Source: an uncultured delta proteobacterium (GTDB lineage Bacteria; Desulfobacterota; Binatia; UBA9968). Taken from it: 64,000 bases of DNA. Each line of letters starts with the position of its first letter. Position 1 is the first letter of the stretch. Positions 1 to 8,286 of the stretch are shown piece after piece. The stretch lies in assembly GCA_963755715.1 (NCBI GenBank), contig CAVWLW010000065.1, forward strand, positions 1 through 64,000, given 5' to 3'. The notes under the pieces are model-generated. The model searched no databases and was not told the origin of the DNA. It saw only the letters and a list, made by a program, of their open reading frames with translations. The translations under genes were made by a program, and so were the position numbers.

Positions 1-333
1 CTTTATGTTCGGCTCGGTTCGTCTTGCTTAGAAAACGCTTGGGGAATATCGGCGACATGGCGATGACGGACGGCACGCCTTTGTTGATGAGGAACACGAG
101 CAATATCGCTGTAAGGGCTGCGCGAATGCTTGTTTCTCATAAACAGGCTCGAAAAACCAGTTCAGGAGCATTTGAAAGGCTCAAAGAAGTCGGACGAATA
201 TCGTTCGTTGAAAGGAAAGGAACTATTTCGAAACAAACAGGCTTTTCTGTGAATCAACCTTTGCCGAAAATCCAAAGCTATGACCATTTGGTTCAACTTC
301 GTAAAGCATGCAATCACTTAACTTATAAAATCT

Positions 334-762
334 TTGATCGGCACTCCTTCGCATACAATGAGAAGGGCCGACGAAAATGGGGACCGAGGCGGAATAACAT
401 CGCTCAACAAACGGGGATGCTTATTAAATCCTCCAAGCAGGCCAATGTTGTCAAAGGACTCTGTCAGTTCTGCAGCAAACTCGTATTTTCTAACCATCAA
501 GGACGAGCTCCAGAGGGTGCATGCGAAGTGCTATCAGGACTCGGCAAATGGCAAACTTCTAAAAGGCATTCCAGCTAAATCCGCGAGTCCTGGCAGACCG
601 GCGGAACTCCGAAAACACTACTCTTGGGCACTTCGGCACAAATTGGGCGGAGAAACTCTTGGCGATATCGCCCGCGAATTTCGTGTTACAAGGGACGCGG
701 TAGCAAAGGGTGTTGAATTTATCATCAGTCGTTTGCCTGATCCCATGTTAGTTAGGAAGTAG
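334..762 (+). CDS. Hypothetical protein with C-terminal HTH; 5' part uncertain, probably frameshifted or truncated by the window edge
   Basis: C-terminal ETLGDIAREFRVTRDAVAKGV resembles an HTH; upstream frames are broken. Confidence 0.45.
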   Translation: MIGTPSHTMRRADENGDRGGITSLNKRGCLLNPPSRPMLSKDSVSSAANSYFLTIKDELQRVHAKCYQDSANGKLLKGIPAKSASPGRPAELRKHYSWALRHKLGGETLGDIAREFRVTRDAVAKGVEFIISRLPDPMLVRK

Positions 763-961
763 TTTCGGGATAGAATTTCACGCCTCCACCCACCCGAAAG
801 CATTTAAACCACACGCTTCGCGCCCGTTCGCGCCCGTTCTCCGATTTTACTATACAGTTTCAACCAGTTTTTATGCTGGTTCCTCGCAATCTTTTCTTGC
901 CAATTAATTTGGTTTCTCGGACACTACCCTTGTAAGAAATCTTGTACGGGAGGGATTTCCG

Positions 962-1161
962 ATGAACATCGATCTCAAAATTGCACTGATTCGCCGCTAC
1001 GGTTCTCAAGCGGCTGCGTCACCACAGCTCAAAATTCGCGAGGCAAAACTCTCATCCTTGTCCGCGGCCACGCCGAGCCAAACGAACGCGAGAGGACATT
1101 CTAAAAAAAGTGTATAGGTGAAGACTATTTCGGCGAGCAGCAACCCTCTTCTGCTGCGTAG
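962..1161 (+). CDS. Small Cro/Xre-like HTH protein (frameshifted, not in the ORF track)
   Basis: GGAGG RBS then MNIDLKIALIRRYGSQAAASPQLKIREAKLS / LVRGHAEPNERE / GEDYFGEQQPSSAA* across frame changes. Confidence 0.5.
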
Positions 1162-1186
1162 ATAATTATGTCACGACTTAAAACAC

Positions 1187-1216
1187 AAAAAGCCGACGTT
1201 TTGGGCGCCGGCTTTC
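1187..1216. terminator. Possible bidirectional intrinsic terminator
   Basis: AAAAAGCCGACG-loop-CGCCGGCTTTCT hairpin with A/T flanks. Confidence 0.4.
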
Positions 1217-1270
1217 TGCATCTAGTGCTTAACCCGCCGACTGTGAATCAGCGAGGAAGGAAGAAAACCA

Positions 1271-1780
1271 ATGGCTCACTCATATCGTAGCGCACAAAAT
1301 AAATCAAATTTAAAAGTCGTCCAAGGCGGTGCTGGAAAAATCTCCAACCTGCATCTTGGCGGACTCGCGCCGAGTGAGAGCATGGCAGCTGGTCAATACC
1401 GCGTTGCATGTGACTCGGCTTGGACAGAGCAAATCGGCAAGGGTGTCCGGGTGGTTTTGCAATTCCGGGTTATCGATCGACCGCACACCGGTACCGCTCT
1501 TCGGCAGTGGTTGATGGCGTCCGAAGGCGGGGGAGTGGTTTCCGCGACTGGTCGTTATGCAAAGTACTGCGCTATCGCACTTGGTCGGCCGCTTGATGTT
1601 GACGATAACGTTGGTGACCCGGGCTCGATTTTTTCGGGCGTCATTTTTTCGGTCGATGTCGGATTTCGGAAGACCGAGCAACCAAGAGGCGGAAAAGCTA
1701 CCGACGAGAATGCGCTGCGGTGCAAGGACGCCTCTGACTTCCTGCGCGTGCACGAAATTCTTTCCCGAGGGGAGCTGTGA
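1271..1780 (+). CDS. DUF669-like phage protein (possible OB-fold ssDNA-binding protein)
   Basis: AAGQYRVACDSAWTEQIGKGVRVVLQFRVIDRPHTG resembles the G-x-Y...L-x-F-x-I-x-x-G pattern of DUF669 proteins; good RBS. Confidence 0.45.
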   Translation: MAHSYRSAQNKSNLKVVQGGAGKISNLHLGGLAPSESMAAGQYRVACDSAWTEQIGKGVRVVLQFRVIDRPHTGTALRQWLMASEGGGVVSATGRYAKYCAIALGRPLDVDDNVGDPGSIFSGVIFSVDVGFRKTEQPRGGKATDENALRCKDASDFLRVHEILSRGEL

Positions 1781-1831
1781 AGATGCCGTGCTGGTTATCT
1801 GCGGTGCAGTCGCCGTGCTGTTGTGTTGAAG

Positions 1832-1876
1832 TGCTACTGCACTGCTACTGCACTGTAATCTGCAATGCAGTGCAGT
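1832..1876. repeat. Tandem 11-bp repeat plus inverted copy (iteron/origin-like)
   Basis: TGCTACTGCAC x2 at 1832-1853; GCAGTGCAGT at 1867-1876 is the reverse complement of 1836-1845. Confidence 0.6.
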
Positions 1877-2067
1877 GGGGCTAATGGGGCATATGGCCTA
1901 CATATATATGGGTTGTGACTTGCGGATCTCACACAAGCCTTTAGCAGGGGCTGAGCACGAGCACCCGCAGCCCGCGGGAGATTGGCTTTATGCTGGTCTC
2001 TCGCGGGAATCTGAAAAGACGAAAGGGATGGATTAGAAAAGCAAATGGAAGCGACCGACCTGAACTA

Positions 2068-2208
2068 ATGTCGAACGAGAATAAAAGCCGGCAACATCGG
2101 CAACGCGAACTTGCTCGCCGGGAAAAAAAAGAAATGCGGCGTCAAGACAAGGAAGCGCGTCGAGAACAGCGCAAGCGCGAACCGGATGCCGCTGGCGCGC
2201 TGAAGTGA
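2068..2208 (+). CDS. Small basic hypothetical protein
   Basis: MSNENKSRQHRQRELARREKKEMRRQDKEARREQRKRE..., highly charged and helical. Confidence 0.35.
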   Translation: MSNENKSRQHRQRELARREKKEMRRQDKEARREQRKREPDAAGALK

Positions 2209-3014
2209 CATAAATGCACGAGATCAAAATCACAAAAGGAGAAAAGTTTCCGATGCAAAAACAGAAACAAAAGACAGTCGACGAGGCAATCGCGGGCGGT
2301 TGTACTTCAGAGTAGAAGCGTAGTGGGATAGAGTCAGCGTTCGGATTCTGTGTGGAAGAGCGCACGGAATTTTTCCCAGATATTGAGATTATCCTCACCT
2401 CACTAAAGGACAATCGATGAGGCAGTTCAAAGAATCAATGATCGTCGCGGCAATTCGAGCAACGCGGATTCAGAACAGGGTCTATTCCTTCGTGCACATT
2501 CGATTTAAACGGCAAGTGGAATGATCCTTTCAGGCGGTCAAGTCGTTGCTTATCAGCGCTACATCGCTGAGAACTTCCCGGAATTGGCTGAAGCCGCCGA
2601 TCAGCCAAGACAGCGCAAGGCGTCGTAAAAAGCAGAACAGCAAAACAAGAAAGGGAAACTAAATGACATACGAAAAAGCAACCCGATTTGGCCGAAGCGG
2701 TCCATGCCGGCGATGATTAACAATGCGACGCCGAAGCGGGATTTAGCTGAGCAGAAGCGTCGCGAAATTTTTGCGCGATTATCGACTTCGGAGACTGGAT
2801 GAAATGATCGAGCGACACAAAGACGACATGGATTATGATTCTGTGATGTCTGCTTGGCGCCGGGAAAAGTGTGATTTGCTCGAACAGGAGATCTAACACC
2901 GCAGCAGAAGGTAGGGTGGCCAAAATCTCGGGGCTCTTTCAAGGTGTTTACCAGTTGGCGGTTCGGGCAGAGTTAGTTCGTGAGTGAGAACAGGATTTTA
3001 GGGGAGAATTAACA

Positions 3015-3308
3015 GTGCCGTGGAAAGCGAAAACATTAAAGCCTTTAGGCTGGGTTGATCCGGAAAAGCGGCGATTGCCAGCAAACCTCCGCGGTTATGG
3101 TTATCACTGGCGAAAACTCAGAGCCCGAATACTCGAACGCGATCCAATCTGTAAAAAATGCGGAGAAGAACCATCGAACACAGTGGATCATATCGTCACG
3201 AAGGCGCGAGGCGGAGGCGATGACGAAGGCAATTTGCAGGGCTTATGCCGTCGCTGTCATAGCCGCAAAACTGCCGTGGTTGACGATCGATGGGGCCAAA
3301 GGCGGTAG
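3015..3308 (+). CDS. HNH endonuclease, phage packaging (HK97 gp74-like) type
   Basis: RGYGYHWRKLRARIL..CKKC...VDHI...GG.D..NLQGLCRRCHSRKT; about 100 aa; GGGGAG RBS. Confidence 0.9.
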   Translation: MPWKAKTLKPLGWVDPEKRRLPANLRGYGYHWRKLRARILERDPICKKCGEEPSNTVDHIVTKARGGGDDEGNLQGLCRRCHSRKTAVVDDRWGQRR

Positions 3309-3437
3309 GGCTATGCAAATCTCCAGCGCCTTTCAACTCAAGTACCAGCGTGCTGCTTCATTCATACGGCCGCAAATTTCCCATAGGGGGGGTCAAAACC
3401 ACTTTTTACCCAATTTCGCGGTCGTGAACGTATGACC

Positions 3438-3479
3438 TGGGAAGCGAAAAGATTTTGGGAAGCGCAGCTTTGGGAAGCG
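3438..3479 (+). repeat. Three direct TGGGAAGCG repeats (also a 21-aa ORF at 3432-3497, MTWEAKRFWEAQLWEARKAAK)
   Basis: Copies at 3438-3446, 3456-3464 and 3471-3479. Confidence 0.8.
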
Positions 3480-3557
3480 CGAAAGGCTGCCAAATAAAGC
3501 CGGCGAAACCATGCGATGCAGCCGAAACCATCAACCGAAGCGAGAAAGTGCGTCCTG

Positions 3558-3573
3558 AAAGCGTTAACGCTTT
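3558..3573. promoter_or_regulatory. Perfect 16-bp palindrome, candidate operator
   Basis: AAAGCGTTAACGCTTT, 8 bp before the ATG at 3582. Confidence 0.45.
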
Positions 3574-3581
3574 AATCAGTT

Positions 3582-3799
3582 ATGCCTGAAGCCTGTGACA
3601 ACCCACTTTGCAACGTACGTTGATTCACCCGAAATCGACGCGGGGTCACCCACGCTGGTACTGTAATGAGAAATGCCGGCTAACCCGCTGGATTTTGAAA
3701 AAGGCCGCAACTCTTCTGGCGCCGCTTGAGCAGTCGCGGGGCTGGGAAATCCTGTTAAGGCTGAGTCGAGGCCGGCGAGGATTTTTAACCGGTGAGTGA
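3582..3799 (+). CDS. Small zinc-finger protein (CGNR-like), frameshifted
   Basis: MPEACDNPLC / ...RGHPRWYCNEKCRLTRW gives CxxxxC plus YCxxxC; frame change near 3615. Confidence 0.5.
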
Positions 3800-3819
3800 C
3801 AAGGAGCTACAAGTTTACC

Positions 3820-4091
3820 ATGAACGCTATCGTCAACATCGGACTTGTCCTTCAGCGCATCCGTGAAAAAAATGCGCCGGTTTTAGCGATGCGGCCGCGC
3901 TCTGCCGGACTAGCCCGAATAACTTCAAAAAGCTTGCGAGGGGCGAACTTCCAAGACTCGACGCATTACAGCGGATCTGCCGCGGCCTTGGTATCACCGA
4001 GCAAGAGTTGATCATCGGCATGGTAAAGCAAAAGCCGACAGGAACCGGCGAAGTGTTAGAGATGCGAAAAATTCGGCTTGATGTTGTGTGA
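3820..4091 (+). CDS. Xre-family HTH regulator (frameshift in the A7 run at 3866-3872)
   Basis: Adding one A gives MNAIVNIGLVLQRIREKKCAGFSDAAALCRTSPNNFKKLARGELPRLDALQRICRGLGITEQELIIG..., a typical Xre fold; AAGGAG upstream. Confidence 0.75.
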
Positions 4092-4110
4092 CATATGTTA
4101 CAAGGCGAAC

Positions 4111-4293
4111 GTGACACCAAAGCAGATCTTAGCGTTAAGAAAAGCGCTTGGGTTAACTCAAAAGCAGCTTGCCGAGCGAATCGGCGCGACTCGGGAGAGC
4201 GTAGCCAGGTGGGAACTAGGAATGCACCCGCCGCGCGGCGCGAACCTGAAAGGGCTTAAAGAGTTGGCAGCAAAGCGGAAGGGCAAGAGTTAA
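4111..4293 (+). CDS. Xre/HigA-like HTH regulator, translationally coupled to the integrase
   Basis: LRKALGLTQKQLAERIGATRESVARWELG; TAATG overlap with the integrase start; near-palindrome TGTGACATATGTTACA at 4087-4102 upstream. Confidence 0.85.
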   Translation: MTPKQILALRKALGLTQKQLAERIGATRESVARWELGMHPPRGANLKGLKELAAKRKGKS

Positions 4294-5399
4294 TGCCGGC
4301 ACATCTAAAGCAGAACAAATACGGCGTCTGGTATCTGGTTGACGGCTATCTTTTCAAGTCGCTCAAGACGAAGATCAAGCGCGAAGCCGAAGTCAGGCTC
4401 AAGCAATATCAGCAAGGGAAGTTCGGCTTGATTCAAACGCCGACGGTGCAGAAGTTCTACGACGAATGGATCGCCACAGAAGATCCCGCCATTAGTCCGC
4501 GAGTCCCAGGCCAAGGATTATCGCCAGGCATTCAACGCGCACATATTGCCGCGCTTCAGACATACCGTTTTGTCCGATATCAAGACAAAGGATTTGGGCC
4601 AGTTTCAAGCCGAGCTGATCGCCAAGGGACTTGCCGTCAAGACTTGCCGTAATATCATCGATGGATCATTTCGGGCTATGTATCGCGATGCAAGGGTCGA
4701 GATCGGCGGTGATCTAGAAGGCAAAGACCCGTTTATCGATATCCAATGGCCGCGCCTGCCAAAGATAAAGCCGGATCCATTCACCGCAGAAGAGCGGGAC
4801 AGAATTATCCAGTGGTACGTCGAAAACGACTTTTTCTATTATCCCTTGGTCGCCTGGCAGTTTCACACCGGCATGAGGCCGTCTGAGACTTTCGGACTCA
4901 CATGGCGCGACATCGACCTCGAAGCCGGAACAGTCTCGATCAACAAGTCGCGCAACATGGGCGCCACGTCGGCAACCAAGACGGCCAACAGCGAGCGGAT
5001 CATCAGATCGACGAAGCGCTGATCGGTATCTTAAAATTACTGCCGTCGCGAGAATTGGGCATCCCGCACGTATTCGTTGGCAAGCGCGGCACGCCGATGA
5101 CAAAGAAGTGGGCTGAGCACTTCTGGAAAGGGCCGATAAAAAAGGCTGGTATCCAACGGCACCGGAAATTTTACGCGACGCGGCACACTATCATCACCGA
5201 GCTGGTGAGAGCAGAGGCAGAACATCTGAAGGCGATCGCCGACTACTGCGGGACCAGCGTGGCAATGATCGAGCAGAACTACTGCGCGAGACTGCAACTT
5301 AAACCTGACAATCGAGAAGTGTTCGAGAAGTTGGCGAAAAAAGTTAATGAAATTATGGTTGCGGGGCCGGGATTTGAACCCGGGACCTCAAGGTTATGA
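4293..5399 (+). CDS. int: Tyrosine recombinase/integrase (two frameshifts, near 4477 and 5008)
   Basis: Joined ORFs give N-terminal arm/SAM-like domains, HTGMRPSE (catalytic R), TKT, FYATRHT (YxxR) and EQNY (catalytic Y). Confidence 0.9.
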
Positions 5400-5432
5400 G
5401 CCTTGCGAGCTACCAGACTGCTCCACCCCGCG
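5356..5432 (-). tRNA. Initiator tRNA-fMet (CAT)
   Basis: CGCGGGGTGGAGCAGTCTGGTAGCTCGCAAGGCTCATAACCTTGAGGTCCCGGGTTCAAATCCCGGCCCCGCAACCA: C1:A72 mismatch, CAT anticodon, encoded CCA. Confidence 0.97.
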
Positions 5433-5494
5433 GCAATAATTTTGAGGTTTCTTTCTACCTTGCGCTTTCCATGGAGTCAAGGTAGGGAGTCGAC

Positions 5495-5920
5495 ATGAGC
5501 GAAAAATACCGAAACCCGTTGCCGACCGTCGATATCATCATTGAGCTCGCCGGTGGCGCCATCGTTTTGATCGAAAGAAAAAATCCTCCGCATGGCTGGG
5601 CTCTGCCCGGCGGATTCGTCGACTACGGTGAAAGCATCGAAAATGCCGCGCGGCGCGAAGCCAAAGAAGAAACATCGTTGGATGTAACGCTGACGGAACA
5701 ATTCTATGCTTACTCGGATCCTGCTCGGGACGCGCGCCATCATACGATTTCGACGGTTTTTATCGCGTCCGCAGCCGGGACGCCGAGCGGCGCCGATGAT
5801 GCCAAGAGCGCACGGCCGTTCGGTGAAAATAATTTACCAAAACCCCTGGTCTTTGATCACGCGCAGATCTTGCGCGACTACTTTGCTTTTAAGCGGACCG
5901 GCCAGCGCCCAAAGCCGTGA
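5495..5920 (+). CDS. Nudix hydrolase (ADP-ribose pyrophosphatase-like)
   Basis: Nudix box [24 protein letters not shown]. Confidence 0.92.
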   Translation: MSEKYRNPLPTVDIIIELAGGAIVLIERKNPPHGWALPGGFVDYGESIENAARREAKEETSLDVTLTEQFYAYSDPARDARHHTISTVFIASAAGTPSGADDAKSARPFGENNLPKPLVFDHAQILRDYFAFKRTGQRPKP

Positions 5921-5932
5921 GTCGTCTGCGCC

Positions 5933-7129
5933 TTAAACTAGTTTTAGCGCAGCTTGACGAATCCGCTCGCAGCCCTTTTCGATATCGGCGAGCGCCGTCG
6001 CATAAGAAAAGCGAATATGTTCGTGCGAGCCGAAATCTTCCCCTGGCACTCCTGCCACTTGAGCTTCTTCGAGCAAATAGTCGGCTAACTCACAAGGCGA
6101 GTTGAGCTTTTTCTCGCGGCCGGTTTTACCCAGCAGGCCGGCGATGTTCGGGAAAACATAAAAAGCCCCTTCAGGTTTGCGGCAACTGATGCCGTCGATG
6201 GCGTTGAGCCTGTCGACGATCACGTCGCGGCGCTTGTGAAATTCGCGCACCATGGTCGCGACCTCATCTTGCGGACCGCGTAACGCTTCTAAAGCAGCGA
6301 ATTGGGCGATGGAGGTCGGATTGGATGTGCTTTGACTTTGAATTTTGCTCCCGGCGGCGATGATCTCGCTCGGGCCGAGCGCATAACCGATGCGCCAGCC
6401 GGTCATGGCATAAGTCTTCGACACGCCGTTGACGATCACCGCGCGCTCGCGCAGCGCCGGGCAGAGCGTTACGATGTTATGCACCTCGAAGCCGTCGTAG
6501 ACGATCTTCTCGTAGATGTCATCGGCAAAAATCAGACAATCGTGCTTTTCCAGGACCCTCGCGATGGCCAGCAACTCATCGCGAGCATAAGTCGCGCCGG
6601 TCGGGTTGCATGGGCTGTTTAAGAAAAAAACTCGCGTGCGCGGTGTCAGCGCCGCTTCGAGTTGGTCCGGCTTAATGCGGAAACCGCTGGCCTCGTTCGA
6701 CGGGATTAGCTTCGGCACGCCGCCCGCGAGTAAAGCCATATCGGCGTAACTGACCCAATAAGGCGCGGGGATCAGCACCTCGTCCCCCGGATTCACTACG
6801 GCTTGCAAGATATTATACAGCGAATGTTTCGCGCCGCAGCTGACCAAAACGTCTTCCTTCCGATAAATGAGGTCATGCTCGCGCCGGTATTTTTCACTAA
6901 TCGCTTCGCGCAGCGGCTCGATCCCTTTCACGTCGGTGTATTTGGTCATGCCTTTGCGCAGCGCCTCGACCGCGGCCGCCTTGATATGCTCGGGAGTATC
7001 GAAATCCGGTTCGCCGGCGGAAAAATTGACCACATCAATCCCTTCGGCGCGAAGCTTGTTCGCCTTCGCGGCGATCGCTAAAGTCACCGAAGGTTTAATC
7101 AGTTTGGTTCTTTCAGCGAGTTGAGCCAT
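5933..7129 (-). CDS. aspC: Aspartate aminotransferase (class I PLP enzyme)
   Basis: GEPDFDTP, NSPCNPTG, DDIYE, SKTYAMTGWRIGY. Confidence 0.93.
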   Translation of the reverse strand: MAQLAERTKLIKPSVTLAIAAKANKLRAEGIDVVNFSAGEPDFDTPEHIKAAAVEALRKGMTKYTDVKGIEPLREAISEKYRREHDLIYRKEDVLVSCGAKHSLYNILQAVVNPGDEVLIPAPYWVSYADMALLAGGVPKLIPSNEASGFRIKPDQLEAALTPRTRVFFLNSPCNPTGATYARDELLAIARVLEKHDCLIFADDIYEKIVYDGFEVHNIVTLCPALRERAVIVNGVSKTYAMTGWRIGYALGPSEIIAAGSKIQSQSTSNPTSIAQFAALEALRGPQDEVATMVREFHKRRDVIVDRLNAIDGISCRKPEGAFYVFPNIAGLLGKTGREKKLNSPCELADYLLEEAQVAGVPGEDFGSHEHIRFSYATALADIEKGCERIRQAALKLV

Positions 7130-7140
7130 TGACAAAATTC

Positions 7141-7635
7141 CTAACGCCCAAACTTTTGATTGAGCCTTTTTAAAACGTTGTCGGGCACCAGGCCGGAAAC
7201 GTTTCCGCCCAGGCTGACCACTTCTTTGACCAAACGCGAGCTGGTATAGAACTCGGATTCACCCGTCATCATAAACAAGGTTTCTAACTGCGGTTTCAGG
7301 CGGTGATTCATCATCGCCATTTGAAATTCATACTCAAAATCCGAGATCGCTCGCAAGCCGCGGATGACGACCGTCGAGCGTTTCTTTTCGGCATAGTCGA
7401 CGAGCAGGCCGTGAAAGGAATCGGCCTGGACGCGGTCCTTAACATCGACGAAAACTTCGGTGATCATTTGCAATCGTTCTTCGACGCTAAAGAGCGAATG
7501 GTCTTTGTCCGGATTGGTGGCGATCGCGATGATGATTTTATCGAACACCCGCAAAGTGCGCTTGACCAGATCCACATGGCCATTGGTGATCGGATCGAAG
7601 GAGCCGGGGTAGATAGCAACTTGAACGAGTGGCAT
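7141..7635 (-). CDS. coaD: Phosphopantetheine adenylyltransferase
   Basis: YPGSFDPITNGH, RGLRAISDFEYEFQMA; follows rsmD. Confidence 0.97.
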   Translation of the reverse strand: MPLVQVAIYPGSFDPITNGHVDLVKRTLRVFDKIIIAIATNPDKDHSLFSVEERLQMITEVFVDVKDRVQADSFHGLLVDYAEKKRSTVVIRGLRAISDFEYEFQMAMMNHRLKPQLETLFMMTGESEFYTSSRLVKEVVSLGGNVSGLVPDNVLKRLNQKFGR

Positions 7636-7647
7636 AGAAAAATGTCC

Positions 7648-8220
7648 TCAAGCAGCCGGATCGGATGTTGCTGCGGCTTTAAAAAATGTCAGGAAAGTAT
7701 CACCATATCGCCGTTGATCATTCAAGATGAGCGAGCCATAGCTCGGTTTCACTTCTTCGCGCCGGCTGTGCTCCGCCACCGCTGTGCCTATCGGATCGAG
7801 CAAATGGTTCTGCGCGATCAGCTTGAGCGTGGCGCCGACCAGCCGTCGGTCGTAAGGCGGATCGACAAAAATCAGATCGAAAGTCTCACCCCGCTGCGCC
7901 AGCGATCGCAGCGCCCGGGCCACCGGTAAAACCCAGACTTGCGAGCGCGCGCCGAAGCCGAGCCGGCGCAGATTTTCCCGGATCGCGGCGGCGGATCGCG
8001 CCGAAGCGTCGACCAAAACCGCTTTTTCCGCGCCGCGGCTGAGCGCTTCAATGCTGACGTTGCCGGTGCCCGCGAACAGATCCAGCACGCGTAATCCGGA
8101 AAAATCGCGCGGCAAGATGTTAAAAAGCGACTCTTTGACCTTGCCGGCTGTCGGTCGCACCGCTCCACCCTTGGGCACAACCAAGCGACGGCCTTTCGCC
8201 GTTCCACCAATGATTCGCAT
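7648..8220 (-). CDS. rsmD: 16S rRNA m2G966 methyltransferase
   Basis: MRIIGG..KGR, RPT, LDLFAGTG, DPPY. Confidence 0.95.
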   Translation of the reverse strand: MRIIGGTAKGRRLVVPKGGAVRPTAGKVKESLFNILPRDFSGLRVLDLFAGTGNVSIEALSRGAEKAVLVDASARSAAAIRENLRRLGFGARSQVWVLPVARALRSLAQRGETFDLIFVDPPYDRRLVGATLKLIAQNHLLDPIGTAVAEHSRREEVKPSYGSLILNDQRRYGDTFLTFFKAAATSDPAA

Positions 8221-8286
8221 GGGATTTAGCTCTTCGAAACGACTCTGAGTCTAATCATAGGACCGGCAATTTCGCCAGCGAGCCGG

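Larger units (their letters stand above)
1..5399. mobile_element. Right end of an integrated phage satellite / prophage-like element inserted at tRNA-fMet; extends beyond the left edge
   Basis: Tyrosine integrase abuts and overlaps the tRNA 3' end; multiple HTH genes, a phage-type HNH and small ORFs, all on +; looks less GC-rich than the downstream chromosome. The second att copy is not in the window. Confidence 0.85.

Noticed and set aside
2253-2420. ORF with in-frame TAG as stop-codon readthrough or recoding
   Set aside because: The region has many indels and no recognisable homology; error or decay is simpler.
3438-3479. TGGGAAGCG repeats as a mini-CRISPR array
   Set aside because: Repeats are 9 bp with 6-9 bp gaps, far below CRISPR dimensions, and there are no cas genes.
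1-5355. Second att repeat (tRNA 3' duplicate) within the window
   Set aside because: No second copy of the tRNA 3' end was seen by eye; it presumably lies left of the window.
4293-5399. Programmed frameshifting in the integrase
   Set aside because: No slippery heptamer at either break, and similar indels occur in many unrelated genes.
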